From positions 141,181 through 205,180 of the IMG/VR virus record IMGVR_UViG_3300037466_003648: DNA of 64,000 nucleotides. One strand, 5' to 3'. The stretch is from a virus (taxonomy: Duplodnaviria; Caudoviricetes). Below the pieces are notes generated by a model. That model searched no databases. It was not told where the DNA came from and was given only the letters and a program-made list of their open reading frames with translations. The position numbers were made by a program, and so were the translations under genes. Of this stretch, positions 58,401 to 64,000 are shown in pieces (the stretch's first letter is position 1; each line of letters starts with the position of its first letter).

Positions 58401-59057
58401 TTGCTGGGCGCCCTGCCCGGCTCTGGGTTCGCCGTGGGTCACGTTGGCCGTGCCGCCTTCGGTTACGCCGCGGGTGCGGCTTTGGGTGGTTTGCTAGGTA
58501 CTAGCGGCAGTGGTCTCAGCGGCAGCGATCAGTTCTCCGCCGCAGCCGAAGGTGCGCTGTGGGGTGCCATGGGGAACAACCCGCGCGCGTTGATGTTTGG
58601 TTTGCGGTCGCACGTCGGCCAGCAGTCCCGCGACGAGATCGAGGGAACCCTGGGCACCATGGTCGTGGGCTTGGGCGTCGGCACACCGGTCAGCGCACTG
58701 GTCGAGCACCGCATCACACGCAGCCGCGGCGGTGCCGCCGGTCAGATCGCAGGCTTCGTGGCAGGTGCGGCTATTTGGTCGATGGCCGAACTGGGTCGTG
58801 GGCTCATCACCGGTTGGCGCGGACGCGCTGCCGCCGCGGCCAGCAACACCGTCAATCAGACGGCGCTCGCCACGTCGACGGACCGCGCACGCGACCTGGC
58901 ACAGGAGTCGTCGGACGAGTTCGAGAACTTCGACATCGAGTTCCAGGACGAGCAAGGCAACGTCCTGGATGTCGACTTCGAGGATGACGAACGCAGCGTG
59001 ACCGAGGTGGTCGACGAAGACGGTGAGGACTTCGCCTTCGACCTGGAAGTCGCCTAG
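55491..59057 (+). CDS. Large hypothetical protein (1188 aa) with C-terminal hydrophobic Gly/Ala helices and acidic tail; candidate internal virion/ejection protein
   Basis: Long ORF with genome-typical codon usage, divergent from the chaperone gene; no good ORF on the opposite strand. Confidence 0.8.
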   Translation: MAFFVLRNTQTDLYQVVEAANRAEVESRWLRGKPFVYGTGRIFADPTSAQGWLSNVSVPDMGKRPATLDLAMGQQMLARVRAEEAADRVVENSIPDASAESDGSRTQPEDRDAERDGLTRPEKGDVFKKTEIIPADAPRPIGESVWGKAEDLLPSDADLVRSTFEEAERFVDTATHEMAKRNEDMLADGRRTSPKPPKITETTTKNAFVRTFDASGQVTSADHFTYSVKPAATRSMSVGWRDHPDYMGPVPGSQLEPLVPPEDPVFKPRQGWTRTPDKYQIREFYHDIATARSVAAVTGGRVSMVEAGVAGPESLAMVTYLNKRYNKAASVGADPVRAQYDGYTFTSRRSLDAFVQRKLADAYEAPRRPWEGGVRINMGLVAGDYHQNSLGPDGRPVARPGYISKGMRPATPEDVARFNDEAANIQARTRASQERYAGLDGNRDDYRTGVARSLVSDGLSSPDFEQGDRSAWEMQRAGDLMEDRIDAAMYGGTIDPITGFRSTEVSKSLMPSGFGDDALGRPEMLSSEVHFFTRSHEEALLMARRRSGHIAKVETAPTPYYEFTLKPYNARPNAKRLRSMLGRKAGYVNADQLYLEAMNLPSDYYSQRRISSDPHAEAGRIAKALGAGLEAFRLSDMSRFVDVAAIVNEGTDAVIGYKLTYAKDITRINHGDASLSAGPLGGGEKIQYMHIKRPDGTEESGHFAWRDGQWVKTSRPHRGAENVIDMVADHEQTAYISWNKQGELTIRAYTESEAQRISGILRERDPHIQLNAKIGKSTEAYDVRFYDKEFDYTGKTPAREPKLPEAGVDQLYPDRVPSSSPLAPTNRPQVSRQQGAPLGQLVSPSTPGLSPLNTRTAAAIPVTTTRVGAAGDRNSSWWSQPEHVFALRGLDRLSSAAPVGALVMDAEPAAARTVHPDPYVSDPRREETTQRWAVNQQNRAIAQTREREMFAREEAAHVSPLSNTELHARTLLGALPGSGFAVGHVGRAAFGYAAGAALGGLLGTSGSGLSGSDQFSAAAEGALWGAMGNNPRALMFGLRSHVGQQSRDEIEGTLGTMVVGLGVGTPVSALVEHRITRSRGGAAGQIAGFVAGAAIWSMAELGRGLITGWRGRAAAAASNTVNQTALATSTDRARDLAQESSDEFENFDIEFQDEQGNVLDVDFEDDERSVTEVVDEDGEDFAFDLEVA

Positions 59058-60151
59058 GCCCCGCCCCCAGCGCCTGTGGTGCCCGTCGTGGTCGGCATCT
59101 GCTGCGCGATCTCCTGACGGACCTGCTTCGACCAGCCGTCGATCACATCCACCACGGACAGGATCGCCTTCTTGGTCTCTTCGTTGTCCACGCGGTTGAT
59201 GCGCAGAGCCAGGAACGCCGGGGTCATGCTGTCCTTGAAGAACTTCTGCAGCTCTTCGAAGGACTTCTTGACGTCTGCCTTCGCCTGGCCGACGGGCGAG
59301 TGCATGAACCGCTCCAGGTTCTGCCGTGCCTTCGACGCATCTGCCGCCACTTCGCGCAGCTGCATCTCGACCGTCTCCTTGGCCTGTGTCGCCTGCTCCA
59401 GCTGGATCTTGAGCTTGCCGATCTCCGGGTCGCCCTCGCCGATCTTGGTGGCCGCCTCGTGCAGCTTGACCTGCCCCGACAACTCCGTCACGCGCGCGGC
59501 GCGCTCGTTGACGTCCGTCTGGAGCTGCTTGGTCTGCTCGTCCATCTGGGTGATGCGACTCTGCAACTCGTCCGCGCGCTCCGCTGCTTCGGCCGCGCCC
59601 ATCTCGCGTGCCTTCTTGAGCTGGTCGTCGAGCTGCTTGCGCAGCTTGGGCGACGTCTCCGCCAAGCTCTTGAGGTCGAGGTCGACCTTGCCCGCGTTGG
59701 CGGCCGAGATCAGCTCGCGCGTGTCCTTGGTGTTGAGCTGGGCGGCCGACACCACGCGCGCCAGCTTGGCGACGTCTTCCGGCGTGCTGTTGTGGAAGTT
59801 GAAGCGCGCGACCTCGCGGAAGTGCCGGAACGTGAGGTTCATCGGCACCGCTTCGGCGTCCTTGAAGACGTCCGCGACCTGGATCATCCGGTTCGCGTAG
59901 TCCTTGCTGTAGGCAAAGTGCTCGCACCACTTCTCCCAGGCACCGGTCACGCCCTTGTCCTTGAGGATGGTGCGGATCGAGCCCAGCTTCCTACCCATCT
60001 CCCAGAGCGCCCGACCAGCGACCGCCTCCAGGTTGACGACGTCCTCGGTCAGCGACCGCACGAGCGCGGCGCTGTCCTCGCTGACGTTCAGCCCCTGCAA
60101 GAACGCGTGCTGATCCGCCTGCTGGGCGACCAGCTCCGAACCCTTAGCCAC
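59054..60151 (-). CDS. DUF3102-like protein with long coiled coil (365 aa)
   Basis: GTG 60151 with GAGGAGG RBS; LWEMGRKL...GAWEKWCEHFAYSKDYANRMIQVA pattern; stop overlaps the convergent gene's stop (CTAG). Confidence 0.7.
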   Translation of the reverse strand: MAKGSELVAQQADQHAFLQGLNVSEDSAALVRSLTEDVVNLEAVAGRALWEMGRKLGSIRTILKDKGVTGAWEKWCEHFAYSKDYANRMIQVADVFKDAEAVPMNLTFRHFREVARFNFHNSTPEDVAKLARVVSAAQLNTKDTRELISAANAGKVDLDLKSLAETSPKLRKQLDDQLKKAREMGAAEAAERADELQSRITQMDEQTKQLQTDVNERAARVTELSGQVKLHEAATKIGEGDPEIGKLKIQLEQATQAKETVEMQLREVAADASKARQNLERFMHSPVGQAKADVKKSFEELQKFFKDSMTPAFLALRINRVDNEETKKAILSVVDVIDGWSKQVRQEIAQQMPTTTGTTGAGGGA

Positions 60152-60743
60152 TGACTGCCTCCTCGCTGTCGACCAGCGTGCCGTTGACGACTTCGATGTC
60201 GGAGATCGCCACGGTGATCTCCATCGTGGGGACTTCCTTCTTGACGCCCGCCGCGTGGACGTGCAGGATCTCGCCGTAGACCTGATCCTCTTCGTCGTCC
60301 TTGACAAAGTTGATGCGCAGGATCTTCGTCTCGCGCTCGCCCTTCACTCCGTTCAGCACGTCGACGATGTCGGCTTTGTAGGCGCCCTTGCAGATCACCA
60401 TCATGTAGTCCGGCATCGGAACCTTGCCTTCGGCGATGCACTCGACATCGTCGAAGAACAGGCCGCGCTCGAACCAGAAGACGCTCTGCAGCAGGTCCAA
60501 GGTGTAAGACATCGGCCCGTGCTTCAAGCCGCTGAAGTCGATGTCGAAGCCCTGCAACGGGTCGGGACCCACGGGGAAGTTCAGCGGGCGCTCGTACTCC
60601 TCCTTCGGCAGGTTCCCGAAGGACGCCTTCATCAGCTCGACTTCCTCGTCGGTAGGGACAGCAGGCTCCTCGGGGAGTCCGGCCTTCAGACGAGCTGCTT
60701 GCAGATCGTCGGGGATGCGGTAGGGGTCTTCCTTATGCGTCAT
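60144..60743 (-). CDS. Divergent tail-tube-like protein (199 aa)
   Basis: ATG 60743; contains GPDPLQGFD and FWFERGLF, matching motifs of the two tube paralogues. Confidence 0.5.
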   Translation of the reverse strand: MTHKEDPYRIPDDLQAARLKAGLPEEPAVPTDEEVELMKASFGNLPKEEYERPLNFPVGPDPLQGFDIDFSGLKHGPMSYTLDLLQSVFWFERGLFFDDVECIAEGKVPMPDYMMVICKGAYKADIVDVLNGVKGERETKILRINFVKDDEEDQVYGEILHVHAAGVKKEVPTMEITVAISDIEVVNGTLVDSEEAVSG

Positions 60744-60745
60744 GA

Positions 60746-61003
60746 CTAGGTTTCTCCTCTCAACACCTGCTGTAGTAGCACCACCACACGCTGCGCCCAC
60801 TCACGGAGCTGTGGCGTCATGTCTCGCGTGAAGCGAGACGCCAACTTGTCGTACAAGAGCGAAGGCTCGCGCAAATTGTAGAACCGCCACATCTGCTCGA
60901 TGAGCTTGCCCTTCGTCTGGCCGCTTTGGGTCAGGTGCGCGTCGATCTCCTTCTGGATCTGAGGATCGAGGTAGCAGCTGAATTGGGGTTTGTTGGTGCC
61001 CAT
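60746..61003 (-). CDS. Ribbon-helix-helix DNA-binding protein
   Basis: KPQFSCYLDPQIQKEIDAHLTQSGQTKGKLIEQMWRFY: beta-strand, helix, G-x-T turn, helix. Confidence 0.7.
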   Translation of the reverse strand: MGTNKPQFSCYLDPQIQKEIDAHLTQSGQTKGKLIEQMWRFYNLREPSLLYDKLASRFTRDMTPQLREWAQRVVVLLQQVLRGET

Positions 61004-61013
61004 CCGTTACCTT

Positions 61014-61184
61014 CTAGTTCAGGTCCAGCTTGGCGTCTAGCGAATGCTTTGCCAAGCGGATCTCGTCGGCTGAGATGACAACCGTCTCATGACGACCGTA
61101 CTCCTTTGGATCTTCCACCGCCAAACGGGGGAAGCACTCCAGGCTACAGTACAAGTCGAGGGGCATCACGATGACTCGTTGCAT
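61014..61184 (-). CDS. Hypothetical protein (56 aa)
   Basis: ATG 61184 with AGGAG RBS; the ORF-track GTG at 61250 lies inside the promoter region. Confidence 0.55.
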   Translation of the reverse strand: MQRVIVMPLDLYCSLECFPRLAVEDPKEYGRHETVVISADEIRLAKHSLDAKLDLN

Positions 61185-61290
61185 GTGGTCGCTCCTAGGA
61201 TCAACAAAGCTACTGTACCACGACTTCCATGGAAGGTCTAGCACTTCCACCTACTTTGTGCTAAAGTAGCGACCAGCAAAGGAGAACCGT
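61185..61290. promoter_or_regulatory. Divergent promoter region with operator-like palindrome
   Basis: Extended -10-like TGcTAAAGT (+, 61259-61267) and TGgTACAGT (-, 61220-61212); palindrome CTACTTT-N5-AAAGTAG at 61251-61269 overlaps the rightward -10. Confidence 0.55.
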
Positions 61291-61576
61291 GGTGAACTGG
61301 GACACGCAGCCTAACACCCGTGCGGTTCTCCTCGCACTCGATCCTGTCCTGTGTGAGCTAGCGTTTGCTCGTCGGATCAACTTCGTCCGGGACGCCATCC
61401 AGTCGGTCATCGCCTTCTGTGCTGTGACCAACCAGAAGGTTCCCGAGCACGCCATGGTGATCGACTGGCAAGAGCAGCTGGTCTTCATCGACCACCCCAC
61501 CCCTGTCGACAAGATGCGGTGGTACCAGGTCATCACCCAGATGCTCTTCATCAAGAACCAAGGAGGCTCTCCGTGA
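61289..61576 (+). CDS. Hypothetical protein (95 aa)
   Basis: RBS AAAGGAG, GTG start; first gene of a rightward operon. Confidence 0.7.
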   Translation: MVNWDTQPNTRAVLLALDPVLCELAFARRINFVRDAIQSVIAFCAVTNQKVPEHAMVIDWQEQLVFIDHPTPVDKMRWYQVITQMLFIKNQGGSP

Positions 61577-61812
61577 GCGACCGCACCAACGATCTGGCCC
61601 GTCTCCACAACCGTCTCTACGAGGCGTATGGTCCCACCTCCGGCATCCAGTTCCTCGCCGTCATCGGTCCGAAGTTGGACCCCGAAGTCAGTGTCATGAA
61701 CTTGGAGAAGGCGCTGGACACCATCAACCACTACGCGGCGAACCCGGAGCTTCGCCAGAGTCAATTGTTGTCTTTCCTCCCCCTCAACACTTTGTTCACC
61801 GTTACCCTCTAG
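61573..61812 (+). CDS. Hypothetical protein (79 aa)
   Basis: GTG overlapping the upstream TGA (GTGA), RBS AGGAGG. Confidence 0.7.
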   Translation: MSDRTNDLARLHNRLYEAYGPTSGIQFLAVIGPKLDPEVSVMNLEKALDTINHYAANPELRQSQLLSFLPLNTLFTVTL

Positions 61813-61828
61813 TTGGAAGGAGTCTCCC

Positions 61829-62290
61829 GTGACCCGCATCAAGCCCAAACTCAAGGCGCCCGTTCAGAGTCCCGAGCAGCAGCGTCGGACCGAGCTGATC
61901 CAAGCTCACGTCGACCGCGTCTTGCAGGCGGCTGACAAGAGCGAGATCCCGATTCCCAAGGCGACCCGTGCGCGCGTCATCACGCAGCAGACGATCGACT
62001 ACCTGAACCGCCGCCTCTACGGGGTCAAGACCGTGGACAAGCGCGTGAAGGAGGACATCGCCAAGGCGATCGTCGTCATCAAGCAGTCCTTCGCCGAGAA
62101 CCAGGTGCCGTTGCCCACGAGCATCATGGACAGCTGGGTGGGTGGTCGTGTCCACCTGCGTCTGACCTTCAAGAAGTCGGACGATCTGCAGATGGCGATC
62201 GAGCAGCTGCAAGCACTCCCGCCAGCTGACGACGAGACCGCCAAGGCGATCGAAGAGACCATCGCGGGCTTCCGTCGGGAGAAGCACTAG
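61829..62290 (+). CDS. Hypothetical basic protein (153 aa)
   Basis: RBS AAGGAG, GTG start. Confidence 0.75.
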   Translation: MTRIKPKLKAPVQSPEQQRRTELIQAHVDRVLQAADKSEIPIPKATRARVITQQTIDYLNRRLYGVKTVDKRVKEDIAKAIVVIKQSFAENQVPLPTSIMDSWVGGRVHLRLTFKKSDDLQMAIEQLQALPPADDETAKAIEETIAGFRREKH

Positions 62291-62419
62291 ATGACGATGC
62301 ACAGCAAGGTCTGCACCTGCGGCAAGACCTTCCAGACCGCCGATCCCAAGCGGGTCCAGTGCCCGACCTGCCAACCACCTCCGCAGGTGCAGGTGATGTC
62401 GGAAAGTCACAACCGGTGA
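62291..62419 (+). CDS. Zinc-ribbon microprotein (42 aa)
   Basis: Not in the ORF track; MTMHSKVCTCGKTFQTADPKRVQCPTCQPPP..., ATG directly after the upstream TAG. Confidence 0.65.
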   Translation: MTMHSKVCTCGKTFQTADPKRVQCPTCQPPPQVQVMSESHNR

Positions 62420-62616
62420 CCAATCCGCTCTGCAAGTTTTGTGGTCGGGCGTTCGTCCCCAACGAGTTCCGCAAGGACGTCTGTGACGGGATGCTCTGCT
62501 TGGAGAAGATGGTCGACGAGTACGAGACCGAGCAGAACCGCTTGAACGACGAAGCCTGGGCAGCGTACGAGGCTAGTAAGGGACTCCAAGAACAACAGAT
62601 GGGACCCACCGCCTAA
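62416..62616 (+). CDS. Zinc-finger microprotein (66 aa)
   Basis: GTG overlapping the upstream TGA; LCKFCGRAF...VCDGMLC plus an acidic helix. Confidence 0.65.
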   Translation: MTNPLCKFCGRAFVPNEFRKDVCDGMLCLEKMVDEYETEQNRLNDEAWAAYEASKGLQEQQMGPTA

Positions 62617-62635
62617 GCGATGGGTCCCTTTTCTT
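62601..62635 (+). terminator. Rho-independent terminator
   Basis: GGGACCCA/TGGGTCCC stem with inner CGC/GCG pairs, followed by TTTTCTT, at the end of the rightward operon. Confidence 0.8.
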
Positions 62636-63001
62636 ATACGGCGTCGCGCCCTGTGAGCAGCACAAGGACCCAGCAGCATGGTGTGGTTCCTGCTGGGTCC
62701 CTGTACGCATCCCCAAGCCCACCGTCCGCGGTAGGACTCTACCTTTGTTGTACCACAAGAGTAGGTGGAAGTACACCTACTTTGGTTTCAAAAGTATGCA
62801 TGGTTGTACGAGCCAAGGCGGGGCCTCTGGCCCCACCCCCCTACCCCCTTAGGTCGCGCGAAACACGACCTGGGTACGGTGGGGCCTCTGGCGATCGCCG
62901 TACTACCCGGCGTAACCAGACTACAACCCCTTGCGATCGCCGTTGCCTGACCGCCGTGGTACAGGCTTGCCGATCGCCTGCCGAGAGGAGCGTTACACAC
63001 C

Positions 63002-63322
63002 ATGAACGACACCATCAACACGCACGACAAGGTCACCGCTGCTGCCGAGGCTTGGCTCGACCGCTACTTCGCTGGCGATCGCCCTGTCTACGTCACCGAC
63101 CAGCTGCTCGCTGGCTTCCGGTGGATGTTCATCGAGCAGCTCCGCGGCTCCTACACCTGCCGGGAGGCGCACGACGAGGTCTACGGCGCGGACGAGTTGG
63201 AGCTGGGTGCAAGCCCGAAGGGCTTCAAGCTCTACCTCTACGAGCTGGCTGACGCCATCGAGGCTGCACGCGCAGCGAAGCGCTTGGCGATCGCCCTCCG
63301 CGAGGAGGAAGCCCAGGGCTAG
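63002..63322 (+). CDS. Hypothetical protein (106 aa)
   Basis: RBS GAGGAG, ATG start, genome-typical codons. Confidence 0.75.
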   Translation: MNDTINTHDKVTAAAEAWLDRYFAGDRPVYVTDQLLAGFRWMFIEQLRGSYTCREAHDEVYGADELELGASPKGFKLYLYELADAIEAARAAKRLAIALREEEAQG

Positions 63323-63330
63323 CGATCGCC

Positions 63331-63384
63331 GGTGCGTGGGTGCCCTGTTCTTGCCCTTGGCAAGAAGACGCCCACCCACGCACC
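63331..63384. repeat. Long compound hairpin (12-bp + 8-bp stems)
   Basis: GGTGCGTGGGTG (63331-63342)/CACCCACGCACC (63373-63384) enclosing TTCTTGCC-CTT-GGCAAGAA. Confidence 0.9.
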
Positions 63385-63684
63385 CCACACCGCGCAGCTG
63401 GCCTGCCCGGCTACCGCCGGATGGTTGGCGATCGCCTCGAACGGCGAACCAAGGAGCCGCCATTCGGCGGACCGGAACAAGGCCGGGGCTCACGCCCCTA
63501 AGACCCCACGATTGCCAGTCTACTGCGAACACGCAAGCACGCCGTGCACGCAAGGCTGGCGCGCTTCGCGCATTACATGGGTGTGCTTGCACGCCCGCAG
63601 TTCACCCAAGCAATCCTCGTTGATTGCATGGGACGCCGCTGACGCGGCTAAGGGTCGCGTCACCTAGCCGAAAGGACCACACCG

Positions 63685-64000
63685 ATGACCACTACCGCTA
63701 CCAAGCCGCTTCGCCCCTTCCAGATCGCCCTCGTCGAGGCCAAGGCGCTCGCGATGGCGACCGGCAAGGTCCACACCGTCACCGCCGACAAGGTCGGCCG
63801 CGCGATCGCCGCGCCTGCCGCCAAGGTCAAGATGGCCCGCGAGCAGCGCGAGCTGGAAGGCAACACCGCGGATGACCGCGCGGAGAACAACTGGACCGAG
63901 AACGACTCCGTCGGCCTGTCCTACCAAGTGGAGGGTGACCTGGACGCCCAGCTCGATCGCGACGCCAAGGCGTTCGCTGGCTGGTACGTCGAGCAGCACA
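63685..64000 (+). CDS. Hypothetical protein, partial (>105 aa, runs off window)
   Basis: Not in the ORF track; RBS AAAGGA, ATG 63685, MTTTATKPLRPFQIALVEAKALAMATGKVH..., open to the window end. Confidence 0.75.
   Translation, partial: MTTTATKPLRPFQIALVEAKALAMATGKVHTVTADKVGRAIAAPAAKVKMAREQRELEGNTADDRAENNWTENDSVGLSYQVEGDLDAQLDRDAKAFAGWYVEQH

Larger units (their letters stand above)
62891..63809. repeat. Cluster of seven GCGATCGC (HIP1) palindromes
   Basis: At 62891, 62933, 63075, 63287, 63322, 63428 and 63802; all followed by C, and four form the decamer GGCGATCGCC. Confidence 0.92.

Noticed and set aside
59054-61250. ORF-track starts at 60307, 60800 and 61250 (also 39716, 55638, 16992, 13435)
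   Set aside because: They overlap upstream genes or promoters; downstream starts with clear SD sequences or coupled stops fit better.
63613-63677. Hammerhead ribozyme
   Set aside because: CTGACGC has C where conserved A9 is required and stem I cannot form (G opposite G); kept only as a possible structured leader.
62891-63809. CRISPR array or iteron set formed by the GCGATCGCC repeats
   Set aside because: The repeat is only 8-11 nt, spacing is irregular (35-374 nt), and no cas or rep gene is visible.
62891-63809. Assigning the host as a cyanobacterium from HIP1 and DUF3102
   Set aside because: The signal is confined to 1 kb and is not diagnostic; host assignment needs CRISPR-spacer, prophage-flank or phylogenetic evidence.
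1-64000. tRNA/rRNA genes, integrase/att sites, IS elements, stop-codon recoding
   Set aside because: None recognisable by eye; genes end normally in TAA, TAG or TGA with tight packing. A tRNAscan/Rfam run is needed to fully exclude small RNAs.

Overview
All 64 kb look like part of a GC-rich (roughly 65%) contractile-tailed (myovirus-type) phage genome or prophage. I saw no host housekeeping gene, integrase, tRNA or CRISPR array. A near-continuous minus-strand virion operon runs from about 55.4 kb to base 1. In transcription order: tail assembly chaperone with a -1 frameshift, portal, DUF6527-like protein, Mu-I-like protease/scaffold, major capsid, decoration protein, head-tail adaptor, tail completion, sheath, two tube paralogues, hub, split spike, wedge proteins, a DUF4815-type protein, about 15 modular fibre/receptor genes, a zincin, a glycoside hydrolase, a lipoprotein, a holin, a further fibre, an amidase, large terminase, and a >1147-aa protein with tandem PLD-like domains. 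That last ORF is missing from the ORF track because it runs off the window. A lone 1188-aa plus-strand gene, a DUF3102-like gene, a third tube-like gene, an RHH regulator and small early-type genes fill 55.5-64 kb. The last 1.4 kb is the most unusual part: 7 copies of the palindrome GCGATCGC (cyanobacterial HIP1) in 0.92 kb against 2 in the rest of the window, plus two hairpin-rich non-coding stretches. All product calls come from motifs read by eye and gene context; no database search was run.
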